From assembly GCA_038821645.1 (NCBI GenBank), contig JAWBDT010000002.1, positions 1 to 64,000 on the forward strand: a stretch of DNA of 64,000 nucleotides, read 5' to 3'. The stretch is from Ignisphaera sp. (GTDB lineage: Archaea; Thermoproteota; Thermoprotei_A; Sulfolobales; Ignisphaeraceae). The notes beneath the pieces are model-generated. The model made no database searches. It was not told where the DNA came from and saw only the letters and a list, made by a program, of their open reading frames with translations. Each line of letters begins with the position of its first letter. Positions within the stretch are counted from its first letter, which is position 1. A program made the translations under genes and the position numbers. Positions 28,880-40,134 of this stretch are shown here, piece after piece.

Positions 28880-29641
28880 TTACGTTATATAGTAAGGTCT
28901 CTTATCCTGAGCTTGTTCCTGTCTCTGTATATAGCGATTTATTATATCTTGAACTTTGTTCTCTATAGTTATTCCTTTTTCTACAAGCTCATTTGTGTCT
29001 ATATCTAAATGCCAGACATTATTCAACAACTCTATAATCATTTTGGCTGCAGTATAATCGATATAGTTCATTTCAACAATACTTCTCCAAGTCTCACCTA
29101 ATAGACAGACAGCTTTTATATTGAATTGTCTAGCCCATCCAACCATTATCCCATTTAATCCGCTTATAACACCCCCAGATAGCGGCACAGCTCCTTTATC
29201 TACATACTTCTTAATAGTTTCTATATCATTTCCTACAACATATACCCTTCTCGTATGTGTTATAGCTTCTGAAACAAAAGCAGCAGCAGTTATAAGTTCT
29301 CTAACACCAAAGCCGCCCAGCTTAGACGCTATGAATCTACCTAAGCTATGCTGACCTTGATCACTTATGGGTTGCATTTCACCTGTTATCACCAATATCC
29401 CTAGGTTATTAATCTCTGCAAGACTAATCTCTATATTCAGAACATCGGCTTCTCCTTTATCATTTGAAATCAGATGTGCTGGAAAGCCATAACCATATAT
29501 CCGGGCAATTACTTCAGCATTCAAGTAATTCTTGATATGTTCGGCTACAGTCTTACCAACAAACCCCATACCCGGAAAACCAGCTATAGCTACTGTATTA
29601 CTATTTTGGGGCACATTCCTAAGCTTCTCTAGTATCCACAT
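28880..29641 (-). CDS. PAC2-family proteasome assembly chaperone
   Basis: AGFPGMGFVGK, TG..QP, G.ISG.NG, CLLGET, D..AA and C-terminal YYIT. Confidence 0.9.
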   Translation of the reverse strand: MWILEKLRNVPQNSNTVAIAGFPGMGFVGKTVAEHIKNYLNAEVIARIYGYGFPAHLISNDKGEADVLNIEISLAEINNLGILVITGEMQPISDQGQHSLGRFIASKLGGFGVRELITAAAFVSEAITHTRRVYVVGNDIETIKKYVDKGAVPLSGGVISGLNGIMVGWARQFNIKAVCLLGETWRSIVEMNYIDYTAAKMIIELLNNVWHLDIDTNELVEKGITIENKVQDIINRYIQRQEQAQDKRPYYIT

Positions 29642-29907
29642 AGCATATACACTGTATAAAGTTGATTCTCTCAGAATTTAAAAACATAAATAACACAATT
29701 TAGTGTGCCAAGGTTTTACTACAAAATAATGTGTACCAATGACAATTAAGATTTATAGTAGTGTAATAATTACAACGTATGTTATCAGCAGAAACGGTAT
29801 ACCATCTTACCTAATATGTATAGTTAATCAATACAGCATAGCTGATCGTAATCTAATTAGAACGTAAGGTATAAAACCTCTGGCACATAGATTAGTGTTT
29901 TGGATAT

Positions 29908-29981
<74 letters not shown>

Positions 29982-30116
29982 TAATTCTTACATGTTCTAA
30001 GGTCATTAGTGGATTAGTATATGGATAGGATACAAAGATTCTTTATAATAGTCGAGAACACATTATAATGTAATGTTGTTACAAAAATTTAAGCTCAACT
30101 CTATTTGTAGACTTAG

Positions 30117-30659
30117 GTGACTAGCATAGCGTCATTAAGTAAGATTAGGTTTGTGAAAATTATTATCTCTTTGACTTTGACATTATCTACTTTTTGTTTA
30201 TTAATACTACGATACTTCAGTGATGTTCAATTACTAAGAGGAAGGATGACAGTAGAGTTAATGCCGATAACAAATGCTTTTCTATTCTGTTCAATTGCTC
30301 TACTAATTATTCGTGATATAGTTTCGATAAAGGCGTTTTACAGGGAAGTTGTATCAGTCATATTATTCATAGTATTATCACTATATTCTTTCTTGGGCTC
30401 TTTGATAGATATATCTCGACTTATACCACAAAGCTTTATATATATCCCACCAGTATTTATATTAATTGAATGTGGTGTAAAACCTAACTGTGGCCCATTT
30501 GGCGCATTAGCTATAAGTATACCTCTTGGAGTTTCATTTACAATATTCATTTATATCGTTTATGAGATTATTGTAACATACAGAACACACGCTATTGAAC
30601 AAAGTAGCGAAGTTATAGACGGGGGAGATTTTCAGAATATACATAATAATGTAGGTTAG
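30117..30659 (+). CDS. Hypothetical membrane protein
   Basis: About five hydrophobic segments. Confidence 0.6.
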   Translation: MTSIASLSKIRFVKIIISLTLTLSTFCLLILRYFSDVQLLRGRMTVELMPITNAFLFCSIALLIIRDIVSIKAFYREVVSVILFIVLSLYSFLGSLIDISRLIPQSFIYIPPVFILIECGVKPNCGPFGALAISIPLGVSFTIFIYIVYEIIVTYRTHAIEQSSEVIDGGDFQNIHNNVG

Positions 30660-31280
30660 AGGAAAAATCAATGAGCTTTGCGTCATTATAACAGAATCCG
30701 TTGTAGCTATTACAGATTTTTCCTCTCTTGAATACTCTATTATTCTCTTATCTGGTGTTGAAGTCAATTCATATGAATATGATATATTCTCATAACCTAA
30801 AATTTCAATGAATCTTAGTACATAATTAAAACTAAAACTGATATTTTTATCTGCAACAATGACGAGACTATTGGGCTTAAGATATAGAATAACGTTTGCG
30901 ATAATTTTCATGGCTTTCTCAATATACCTAGAATCTTCTGTACGTAATTTTGATCCTCTTAAATCTCTAGGAACACAATCATCACATAAATATATTTCTC
31001 CTTTCTGAAGCATATTTACAGATGAGATCAAAATGTTGTAAAAATCTACAATTAGTTTAAATCCATTCAATTTTTTGCAGAAAAGCTTTTTATTAATTTC
31101 AGACACATAGTGTTCAGAATGTATACATCGATAAAGAAGCAATCTATCTTTGCTACTCAACGTATATCTAGCTGTAACAATATCCAATGATGCTTTAACT
31201 GGGTAACGTTTCGTTAATAGGTATCTATAGTCATATGCAGCTTCATATATTTCTTTATCAAATTCAGATGGAGTTTCCAT
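30534..31280 (-). CDS. DUF434 family protein (PIN-like)
   Basis: 'AAYDYRYLL...YP...SL..V..RY.L', VDFYN, CDD...RDL and IATTDS.I. Confidence 0.85.
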   Translation of the reverse strand: METPSEFDKEIYEAAYDYRYLLTKRYPVKASLDIVTARYTLSSKDRLLLYRCIHSEHYVSEINKKLFCKKLNGFKLIVDFYNILISSVNMLQKGEIYLCDDCVPRDLRGSKLRTEDSRYIEKAMKIIANVILYLKPNSLVIVADKNISFSFNYVLRFIEILGYENISYSYELTSTPDKRIIEYSREEKSVIATTDSVIMTQSSLIFPLTYIIMYILKISPVYNFATLFNSVCSVCYNNLINDINEYCK

Positions 31281-31479
31281 TATATAAGCCTCAAATTATT
31301 GAGATTAGTTCTCTTTTCTTGAAATTCTAGCACTAGATGTATAATTTTAATATTGTAGTTTTATAGAGTATAAATATAGTATCAAAAATTATTAAGTTGT
31401 TATGCAAAGACATTGGAGCAATAAGTTTTTCAGTCTTGTAGGCATTACTAAACTGAGTTATGTATAAAGAGGAGAAACA

Positions 31480-32421
31480 ATGTCTAATGAATTCGAGTTC
31501 GAGGAAGAACTAAAACGTATCGAAGAAGAATTGAGAGAATATGAGTCAAAAACTCAGCATCAAGAACATAATGTTGATAAATCATTAAAGCAGACCTTGA
31601 GGACTACAACTGTAACACGGGTTTCTACAGGTATTCCTGAACTTGATGAAGCTCTTGAAGGCGGTATTCCCAAAGGTTCTTGGGTTGCTATAACTGGTGA
31701 ACCTGGTACAGGCAAATCTATTTTGTGTATGCACTTTGCTTGGGCTGGTTTAAAGACGGGAGATCCTGTAGTATATATTACGACAGAAGCAGAATTTAGA
31801 GACGTTATTAGACAGGCTAAACAATTTGGTATGGATTTTGAGCAGTACAGTATACACGATATATCGAGCCCTAAAGAACCTCAAGAAACTCCGAGCATAG
31901 TTGTTATAGATATCTTTGGTCTACTTAGAGTAGCTAAACAGATTAGTGAGACTTCATCAACAGATTCTGAGTTTATTAAAAAGAAAAGATTTGTAGCATT
32001 AGATGTAAAGACTCTTGTAGCATCCATAAGGGAAGCATACAAAATCCTTGGGGTTCTAAAAGAAGGTGGGAGATCACCTATAAGACATATTAGATTGGTT
32101 ATAGATTCGATGTCAGCTTTCTGGGCTGATAAACCTGCTATGGCTAGAAGATATAGCTATGATTTAAAAGTATCTACACATAGAGAAAACGTAACAGCAT
32201 ATCTAGTTAGTCAATATGCAATGACCACAAGATCAACATTCGGATTTGGATTAGAGCATATAGCTGACGGAGTACTACACCTATGGATGGACGATGTAGA
32301 AAGTAGCAAGGAGGTTAGAAGATATATAATAATCAAGAAAATGAGGATGACAAATCATAAGAGACACGCATTTAAATTGGATATAGTGCCAGGTAAAGGT
32401 GTTGTACTTTCACCTCTATAG
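31480..32421 (+). CDS. Single-domain KaiC-family ATPase
   Basis: STGI.ELD..L.GGIP, GEPGTGKS, TTE, VIDSMS, SQY, EHIADG and KMR.T.H. Confidence 0.92.
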   Translation: MSNEFEFEEELKRIEEELREYESKTQHQEHNVDKSLKQTLRTTTVTRVSTGIPELDEALEGGIPKGSWVAITGEPGTGKSILCMHFAWAGLKTGDPVVYITTEAEFRDVIRQAKQFGMDFEQYSIHDISSPKEPQETPSIVVIDIFGLLRVAKQISETSSTDSEFIKKKRFVALDVKTLVASIREAYKILGVLKEGGRSPIRHIRLVIDSMSAFWADKPAMARRYSYDLKVSTHRENVTAYLVSQYAMTTRSTFGFGLEHIADGVLHLWMDDVESSKEVRRYIIIKKMRMTNHKRHAFKLDIVPGKGVVLSPL

Positions 32422-32439
32422 ATTAGTATTGAAGTTGTT

Positions 32440-32799
32440 TTAGTCAGTTTGCTTAGATGGTAAAAATGTAGAAGAAGTGTTATAATAGTATGTTTTATCA
32501 TACTTCATCACTATGGTAATAATTTTATTTACGAGTTCCTCGACATTTTTAGCAAAAACGTAAAGACCTTGTGGAGTGTACAGTACGTAATTGCAATTCC
32601 AATAAGTTTCAATCAAAAGGTCTGCCGGAACAACCTTAGAATATATAGAGTAATCACCATTAATTACGGCTATCAGATATTGTACATCGTTATACAAAGC
32701 TAAGAAAAGAATGCACTTAGTCCTTTCTTCAATTACATAAATCTTCTTAAAACCTATTTTTTCTAGTAACGTTCTTATATAGACCGAATTATAGTTCAT
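32440..32799 (-). CDS. Hypothetical protein
   Basis: 119-aa ORF with plausible composition, filling the gap between genes. Confidence 0.6.
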   Translation of the reverse strand: MNYNSVYIRTLLEKIGFKKIYVIEERTKCILFLALYNDVQYLIAVINGDYSIYSKVVPADLLIETYWNCNYVLYTPQGLYVFAKNVEELVNKIITIVMKYDKTYYYNTSSTFLPSKQTD

Positions 32800-32944
32800 G
32801 TTGTTATACCAATGCCAGGATTTTCTGGGCTCTGATATAACTCAATATAGTTTTAATACTTAAAAATTTAATCTAAGGCATCTTTTCAGTAATCAGTAAT
32901 GACTATAAGCTACTGATATACATTACATGCATAGGTAGAGATCA

Positions 32945-34654
32945 ATGTTAGATGAGAAAGCTTTAAAGTACTATAGGGCGTTAAGAATACCTTCAAGTCT
33001 TTCTAGACCTTCAAAATACCTCTATGCGCTTGTTTTGATTGTATTAATTCTAATCTATGTATTACTATGGTATACTGATAGATTGAATATAAATGAGATG
33101 GTATCAGTATCTATAATCCATACAATGTTAATTACATTCTTACCGCTTTATGTAAAGCTATTAATATCGTACACAAGAACTAGACAGGCTATAAATATTG
33201 CTTTTTTTCTTCTAGTTCCAGGAGTACCTCTTGAATTGTTAGGGGCTTTGGTAAGAATTTATGGACTAGTCTACATTGTCATACCATTGTTAGGTGTTAT
33301 TGTATTAAGGAGCTTTACAGGATCGCGGTATAAATCATATACAACAATTATATATGCATTAATTGCAGAATTGTTATTCATGATATTTGTAGATAGATTT
33401 ACATTCTATAGAATTGTTGTTAGGCTAATCTTATTGGTTTCACCAATAGCTATATCGCTGTATTTTGTGAAAATCATATCTAGTAGCTACAGAGAGCTAG
33501 ATATATTCAAGATAGCAAATGCTTGGATAAAGTCAATGCTTTTAAATACGGATGAAGACTTTTCATCAATACTCAATTTCGTAGGTCAAGAATCAAACAT
33601 AGTTACACATACAGTATTGTTCAAAACAAAATCGAAAACAATCGCATATCTAGTACCAGAGATTCATTTTGGACCCTTCAGAAATGTTGGTAGTTCAGCA
33701 GTACCACATATGTTTGATCAATTAACAAGAAATACTAATATAGTTCCTCTTGTTTTTCATGGTGCTGGATCTCATGAAAGAAACATAGTTAGTAGTAATG
33801 AAAGTGAGCGATATGTCAAAGAAATTGTTAATAGATTGAATTCAATGAATGAATTTACAGAAGACATACTATACAAACCTTTTAGGGTTCACGATAACCA
33901 TTTTGAGGCATTTGTGTTTCAAACAAATATTGCATCCTTTATAGCTATTTCAACACCAATAGTAGGCAATGACGATATACCATTCGAAGTTCAGTTAAGG
34001 GCTTTAGAGCTTGGAAAGATATATGGATTAAGAGATGTAGCCATAATAGATTGTCATAATGTCAAAGGAACACCTATAGAGAATTCAAATGCATATGAAA
34101 ACATAATACTGTCATCATTATCAAGAAGTACAGGAATTTGTAAAGGACTTGGTGTAGGTTATGGTGAAGCATATGTTAAAGGATATGTAGGTGGGTTGTG
34201 TAGTAATAAAGTTAAGGTTTTAACTATCAGATGCGAGGACTCCCTATATGCTATTATATATTTGTATGGCAATAATGCCTTAATTGGTGTTAGAGAAGCA
34301 TTGAAAAAACTAGCAATGGATATGGGGTATACTGATGCAGAGATATTTACAGCTGATGACCATACATGTTCAGGTATTACATTTAGAGAACCATATCAAG
34401 CAATAGAACTGAATCTTCATCTAGTTAAAGCAGTTGAATCAGCGTTGAAAATGAGCCTAAGCTCTATTGAGGATGCTACAGTATATTCATCCAAAATAGT
34501 AGTTAAGAGTAAAATTGTAGGTCAAAAAATATTTGAGCTTCTTGAATTGGCTAAACTCATAAGCCAAAAAATCGTTAAATATCTGTTAGCATCGTTTTCT
34601 CTTGTGTATATACTAACATTAACATTATGTCTTACAACAGTCTTATTTAGCTAA
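32945..34654 (+). CDS. DUF2070 membrane-bound hydrolase-like protein
   Basis: N-terminal TM helices; HFGPFRNVGSS, HG.GSHE.N, DCHN, GNN and T.DDH motifs. Confidence 0.9.
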   Translation: MLDEKALKYYRALRIPSSLSRPSKYLYALVLIVLILIYVLLWYTDRLNINEMVSVSIIHTMLITFLPLYVKLLISYTRTRQAINIAFFLLVPGVPLELLGALVRIYGLVYIVIPLLGVIVLRSFTGSRYKSYTTIIYALIAELLFMIFVDRFTFYRIVVRLILLVSPIAISLYFVKIISSSYRELDIFKIANAWIKSMLLNTDEDFSSILNFVGQESNIVTHTVLFKTKSKTIAYLVPEIHFGPFRNVGSSAVPHMFDQLTRNTNIVPLVFHGAGSHERNIVSSNESERYVKEIVNRLNSMNEFTEDILYKPFRVHDNHFEAFVFQTNIASFIAISTPIVGNDDIPFEVQLRALELGKIYGLRDVAIIDCHNVKGTPIENSNAYENIILSSLSRSTGICKGLGVGYGEAYVKGYVGGLCSNKVKVLTIRCEDSLYAIIYLYGNNALIGVREALKKLAMDMGYTDAEIFTADDHTCSGITFREPYQAIELNLHLVKAVESALKMSLSSIEDATVYSSKIVVKSKIVGQKIFELLELAKLISQKIVKYLLASFSLVYILTLTLCLTTVLFS

Positions 34655-34750
34655 CATTATATTATCCTGTATATATACAGTTGAATGATTTATGTATGTC
34701 ACACTTTTTATAAATATTATGCTGTAAGCAAATAGATCAGGGTGATATTC

Positions 34751-35449
34751 ATGAGTATAACTATAGAAAAAATTGCTACATGCTTAGGTCAATCAATATC
34801 CGATGTTTATGGCAGAAAGATTGGTGTAGTTGTAGGTATATATAGTGAAGTTGATGGCAGGGTTACAGCTCTGGAGGTTATGATAAACGATTCTACATAT
34901 GAAACTATACCTGCAGAAAGATTAGAAACCAAAGATGATGGAGTGAAAGTTTTACCTGAATGGCTTGTAGAAACTCAAAAGCTTGAGCGAAAGCTCGATA
35001 TTTTAAGAAAGAGGGTAAAAGCTCTAGAGGAACTCTACAAAAAGAATCAAGTTCCACAACATGCATATAAAGAGCTTAAGGAGAAATTTGATAAAGAGAT
35101 AAATAAAGTAAAAGCTGAGGTAAAATCACTTAAAGACACCATAAGGAAAAGACAATACGAGATAGAGAACTTCATCATACATATAGAGAAGGCTATGACA
35201 AATTTAATGATAAGCTATACTTCAGGCGAGTTACCTGAAAACGGCTTCAAAGTTTCTGCAGACTTTATGAGGTATGCAAAACAAACAGCATTAGATGAGA
35301 AAAAGGATATTGAGAAGCACGTATCTCTACTTTCCAAACTTGAAGAAGAACTCATGTCGGTGCTTAAATCTCTTGAGACTGAAAAAGCTGATGAAATAGT
35401 AAATGTAAGTGTGCAAAGTGGGCCAATAACTGTTAAGGTTACGGGCTAG
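34751..35449 (+). CDS. cdvA: Cell division protein CdvA
   Basis: PRC-barrel start 'GQ.I.DVYGR.IG' followed by a long coiled coil; first gene of cdvABC. Confidence 0.92.
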   Translation: MSITIEKIATCLGQSISDVYGRKIGVVVGIYSEVDGRVTALEVMINDSTYETIPAERLETKDDGVKVLPEWLVETQKLERKLDILRKRVKALEELYKKNQVPQHAYKELKEKFDKEINKVKAEVKSLKDTIRKRQYEIENFIIHIEKAMTNLMISYTSGELPENGFKVSADFMRYAKQTALDEKKDIEKHVSLLSKLEEELMSVLKSLETEKADEIVNVSVQSGPITVKVTG

Positions 35450-35483
35450 AACGTAGATCATAATATTCGTGAGGCAGAAATTC

Positions 35484-36350
35484 ATGTCAACACCTGCAGG
35501 AATTTTCGATTCTTTTGCTAAATTGATAAGAATAACATCTAGAGAAGATAAACAGAAAGGAGTCTTTATATATCTATCATCCTCTATCAATGAACTTAAA
35601 TTAAGACTTGAAGAAGTTAAGAGGAGGTTAAAAGAAAGAGACGATGAATTATTAGCTAATGCTGTGAAAGCTTTAAGTTACAATGATAGAGAAAGAGCAG
35701 CCATATATGCATCAGAAATTGTTGAGGTTAGAAAATTAGTAAAATTCGTCAATATAGCATTGCTAGCTATAGAAAGAGTATTAGAGCGATTAAGAACAAT
35801 GGATATAGTTAATGATATGAAGACATTATCTACAGCTCTTGGTATACTTAATGAATTGAAGAATATGTTTACACACACTATGCCAGAACTAGCATCAATG
35901 CTTGATACTATAGTCAGCAATACGAACTCATTAGTATCGTCTACACAAGCTCCTGAACCAAGTGTGAATATATTTATTAAAACAAAAGAAGTAGAAGAAA
36001 TAATGAAAGAGGCAGAGTCTAGAGCTGAAGAAAATATGAGATCGGGTTTGCAGCCTTTACCTATACAGCTGAAAAATATGATTGATTCTGTGAATAGGGA
36101 AGTAGTTAATAGAATACAAAGAGAAGAGAAATTCATAATCGATAGAAGTTCTATTCCTACGGCTATACCAACATCTTATTACAATCATAATGCTGGTAAC
36201 AACTTAGAGATGAGGATATATCATTATATATTGAATAAAAATGGAGCATTGGATATAAATGAATGTGTAAAGATTTTTGGCATAACGAAGGACGAAGTAA
36301 TAAAGATACTCAAAAGATTGGAAGAAAAAGGATTGATAAGAATTACATGA
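35484..36350 (+). CDS. cdvB: Cell division protein CdvB (ESCRT-III)
   Basis: Snf7 core 'RA.IYA.EI..VRK...LAIERV..RL.T' with a C-terminal wHTH. Confidence 0.92.
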   Translation: MSTPAGIFDSFAKLIRITSREDKQKGVFIYLSSSINELKLRLEEVKRRLKERDDELLANAVKALSYNDRERAAIYASEIVEVRKLVKFVNIALLAIERVLERLRTMDIVNDMKTLSTALGILNELKNMFTHTMPELASMLDTIVSNTNSLVSSTQAPEPSVNIFIKTKEVEEIMKEAESRAEENMRSGLQPLPIQLKNMIDSVNREVVNRIQREEKFIIDRSSIPTAIPTSYYNHNAGNNLEMRIYHYILNKNGALDINECVKIFGITKDEVIKILKRLEEKGLIRIT

Positions 36351-36421
36351 TTTTTATTATTTACTCTTAGAGTTAAGCAGTATAGTTCTGGAGAGGTGGA
36401 GTAACATCACTTGGTGAGTAT

Positions 36422-37555
36422 ATGAGTAGTAGAGAATATCTTGAAAGTTTGGCAAGGAAGCATTTGAATGAAGCATTAATTAATGAAAAAATGGGTAACA
36501 AGCTAGATGCGGCAAAAAGCTATAGAAAAGCAGCAGAAATTCTATTCATGTTAGCAAACAACTATAGGAATGATACTATTAGCAACATGTATAGAAACAT
36601 TGCTGAATCCTACATCAGAAAGGCTCAAGAATTAGAAAAAGAATCTCAAATCTCTATACCATTAGGAGGAGATAGTGAATCTAAAGCCGATATAGAAGAA
36701 GCAGTTAAGCAGTTCATTGTAAATAAAAAGCCTAACATAAGATTTGAAGATGTAGTAGGACTTGATGAAGTAAAACAAACAATAATAGAGTCAGTAATAT
36801 ATCCATACAAAAGACCAGATCTATTTCCTTTTGGATGGCACAAAGGAATACTTCTATATGGACCTCCAGGTTGTGGTAAAACGCTACTAGTTGCAGCTAT
36901 AGTTAATGAAATTGAGGGGATCTTTATGTATATCAAGTCATCGAATCTGTTATCAAAATGGCTTGGCGAATCAGAGCGAAAGGTATCAGCAATCTTTGAG
37001 TATGCCCGTAAAGTAGGAAAAGAAAAACCTGTTATAATATTTCTCGATGAAGCTGATGATCTGCTTGGTATATATGAGCATGAAATCGGTGGAGAAGTAA
37101 GAGTCAGAAATCAATTCCTTCAAGAATTAGATGGACTTACTGAAAAAGGAGAGAAATACTTTATATATGTCATTGCAGCAACAAATAAGCCATGGAAGCT
37201 AGACATAGGCTTTCTACGTAGATTTCAAAAAAGAATATACATACCTCCTCCAGATACAAAATCACGAAAACATCTATTTGAATACTATACAAGATCTTTG
37301 AATATATCAAATGATGTTGATTTCGAAAAGTTAGCTGTACTTACAGAAGGTTATTCAGCGAGTGACATAAGGGACATAGTTTTAGAATCGTATCTCAGAA
37401 CCATAAGGGAGTTATTCCGATCTGGAAAAATAGATGGAACTCCAAGACCTATCGTCATGAATGACTTTATAGAAGTTTTGAAGAATAGAAAACCAAGTAT
37501 CTCTCCAGAACTATTGAAAAAATATGAAGAATGGTCAAAGAAGTATGGAGCATGA
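36422..37555 (+). CDS. cdvC: Cell division AAA ATPase CdvC (Vps4)
   Basis: MIT domain, GPPGCGKT, SKWLGESE, FLDE, ATNKPW.LD..FLRRF.KRIY and Vps4 C-terminus. Confidence 0.94.
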   Translation: MSSREYLESLARKHLNEALINEKMGNKLDAAKSYRKAAEILFMLANNYRNDTISNMYRNIAESYIRKAQELEKESQISIPLGGDSESKADIEEAVKQFIVNKKPNIRFEDVVGLDEVKQTIIESVIYPYKRPDLFPFGWHKGILLYGPPGCGKTLLVAAIVNEIEGIFMYIKSSNLLSKWLGESERKVSAIFEYARKVGKEKPVIIFLDEADDLLGIYEHEIGGEVRVRNQFLQELDGLTEKGEKYFIYVIAATNKPWKLDIGFLRRFQKRIYIPPPDTKSRKHLFEYYTRSLNISNDVDFEKLAVLTEGYSASDIRDIVLESYLRTIRELFRSGKIDGTPRPIVMNDFIEVLKNRKPSISPELLKKYEEWSKKYGA

Positions 37556-37721
37556 TTTTGTATTGGATTAACTATTAGGTGAATACAAAACATTATTCTC
37601 ATCAATTCTGGTTAGAAATACTTAACTAAGATTCTTCTAATTCACCTCTAATATGGTTAGCGGTACATAAAGAACATAGGATATGGTATTGTATTATCAT
37701 ATACCATATTACTATTACTGT

Positions 37722-38138
37722 TTACTTTCGCAACTCTGCTAGTTCAAGAAGTTCTGGAACAAACTTAAGAACATCATCTATAGTAACTATTCCTAATGGC
37801 TTTCCAGCCCTATTTATTACTGGAATATGTCCATGTCCTGTTCCTATCATCAGCATTATGACATCTTTGAGAGGAGTATCTGGTTCAACTACTGTCACAG
37901 GTCTTGAAACTATATCTATCATTTTCACAGTTTTTGCATCGAGATTCTTGGCTATAACCTTTATTATTAAGTCTTTAGCTGTAACAATACCCAAAACAAC
38001 ACCGTTATCATCTACTACTATTAATGAAGCTATATTGTACTGCTCCATAAGTTTTATACCTTCATATACCGTGGCTCCACCCCTGATTTGTATGGGATTT
38101 GGAACCATTATGTCTGAAGCTTTTAACACACCAGTCAC
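37722..38138 (-). CDS. CBS-domain protein
   Basis: Tandem CBS repeats (DIM..P...LIVVD..G..LGIVT..D). Confidence 0.92.
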   Translation of the reverse strand: MTGVLKASDIMVPNPIQIRGGATVYEGIKLMEQYNIASLIVVDDNGVVLGIVTAKDLIIKVIAKNLDAKTVKMIDIVSRPVTVVEPDTPLKDVIMLMIGTGHGHIPVINRAGKPLGIVTIDDVLKFVPELLELAELRK

Positions 38139-38145
38139 CTAAACT

Positions 38146-40134
38146 TTACTTATAATTTACTGCTAGTTTAATTACTTTACTTCTACCAGGTATCTTATCA
38201 ACGATTTCATTAATATTTATCGTTACTGCTATCTCATCGAGTTTTTTTGATTTTAAGAACTCAATGAAATTGTTTGCAACACTCTGGGGATCATCGTCTC
38301 CTGGAATTATGACAAAGTATGCTATAGTCCTCTTACTTACCACATCTTCAGGTCCTATTGATACTCTAATCATATTTCCATCCACTATCTCAATGCCTAT
38401 AGCCAACTTAAGTTCAATATTTCTCACATAATTCCTCTCCCCATAGACCATATATGAACCTTTCTGAAGGTATTCTCCTGAAGGTGGAGATAATGATATC
38501 TGAGAGCCTTTCACCCAAAAAACATCAATACTAAATAACTTATTCTTCCATGCTTTACTATAACAAGCTGCTATTAGAGATGCCTCCTTAATGCTATCAT
38601 AATCAACATTCTTTCCATAAGTTTTTATAACTACAGTACTTGCACCATGAACATCAGCATGAAGCACTATATCATCCGAATTAACCAACCTCCTTATAAT
38701 TTTCATATTTTGTGAAGCATTTTTTCCACCAATTACTAGAAATCCAGATGATGTAACATACCATATATAAGACTCGTACCATTCTTTCGTTTTTTTCATC
38801 TTGTAGCTAATTCTTTTTTCTTTGTATTCAATTTGTTTATATAGCTCCTGAAGTTTCTTCAAGATATTATTTTTCTCATTCTCTGCTCGATTAATAGATT
38901 TATTAATTGATGCTAGAGATTTGCGTAAATTATTGTAATTTTCGATAAAACTTTTTCTAACATCGAACTCTAGAATAATTTCTCCTTGTTTCACTCTATA
39001 CGTTCCTGATGATGGGGAGAAGTCATGTATAGAACCACACAATGGAATTGCATTCCAGCCATCAGACTTTATTTTATCAAGAATACACTTATGAAGTTGC
39101 TCTAGATATGTATAGTTTTCCTCTATTATTTTTAATTTCTTTTCCAATTCTATAGATTTCTTCTTTAGTTCTTGTACCATGTTATCAATTCTATCTATAG
39201 TTTTCTTCATGTTATCAATTTCTTTCTTTAGATCATGTGAATATGCTGTTAATAGTATCTCCTTGAATTCGTTTTCATAATATCTGTTTATTGCATCATT
39301 AAGTGTGGAATGATATTCGATCTTATGATTGGTAAATTGCAATGGAACGTAGGGGTAGAAACCTATAGGCATATCATTTTCATCATAAACTATGCACGGT
39401 TTATAGTTATTTTCTATTACATTAATAATGCTTCTATAGGTTGTAGTTAAGCATTGGATTTCTGAATTCGATAGCTCCCTTATTTTTTTACCTTTTACAT
39501 AACATTGAATTGATATAGTTTCAGCGATTTCTGGCGGTACTCCAAATTCTCTAACGAGACTTCGAGTAACATCTAGGTCAGCTGTTTTATTAATTTTATT
39601 AAATATGTCAGAAAGATCTATACAAGAATGTTGTGAAGGAGGAGGTATATACACTAAACCTGGTTTTAAATCTCTATCCTTCATATGTTTGTATTCGTTA
39701 CATAAAAGTATTTTGTTATCTTCATTTAATACACATATACTTCCTCTAGGTAAAAGCTCTACAACGATTTTTCTAGTTATAGATCTGCAGTTTAGAACCA
39801 TATAGAATATTCTCTCGCAAGATATTTGGAAGAGATCACTAATGTAGCAATCCTTTAGTAGAGATCTCCATATCTTCTGAAGATTCTCAGGATAGTTTTC
39901 AGGGGCTAGATCACTAAAAGACACACTTACCCTTTTTGATGGTTCTATGATTAACCAGAATGATAAAGATTTGCTACTGTTGTATAACTTCATTAGAAGT
40001 ATAGGTCCTTCTGGAATATAGTACAATTTATCTATATACGAATGAGATACAATACTGCCTTGTTCTTTTAACCATAGTTTTAAATCTAGCCAACTCATAC
40101 TCAGTTTTTTTCGGTGAGTATATGCTGAGTCCAT
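38146..40134 (-). CDS. rqcH: Ribosome quality-control factor RqcH/Rqc2 (NFACT family)
   Basis: MS.LDL, ERI, ELLPRG, coiled coil, GG.NA.QN, HADVHGA and PSGEYL.KGS.M..G. Confidence 0.92.
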   Translation of the reverse strand: MDSAYTHRKKLSMSWLDLKLWLKEQGSIVSHSYIDKLYYIPEGPILLMKLYNSSKSLSFWLIIEPSKRVSVSFSDLAPENYPENLQKIWRSLLKDCYISDLFQISCERIFYMVLNCRSITRKIVVELLPRGSICVLNEDNKILLCNEYKHMKDRDLKPGLVYIPPPSQHSCIDLSDIFNKINKTADLDVTRSLVREFGVPPEIAETISIQCYVKGKKIRELSNSEIQCLTTTYRSIINVIENNYKPCIVYDENDMPIGFYPYVPLQFTNHKIEYHSTLNDAINRYYENEFKEILLTAYSHDLKKEIDNMKKTIDRIDNMVQELKKKSIELEKKLKIIEENYTYLEQLHKCILDKIKSDGWNAIPLCGSIHDFSPSSGTYRVKQGEIILEFDVRKSFIENYNNLRKSLASINKSINRAENEKNNILKKLQELYKQIEYKEKRISYKMKKTKEWYESYIWYVTSSGFLVIGGKNASQNMKIIRRLVNSDDIVLHADVHGASTVVIKTYGKNVDYDSIKEASLIAACYSKAWKNKLFSIDVFWVKGSQISLSPPSGEYLQKGSYMVYGERNYVRNIELKLAIGIEIVDGNMIRVSIGPEDVVSKRTIAYFVIIPGDDDPQSVANNFIEFLKSKKLDEIAVTININEIVDKIPGRSKVIKLAVNYK

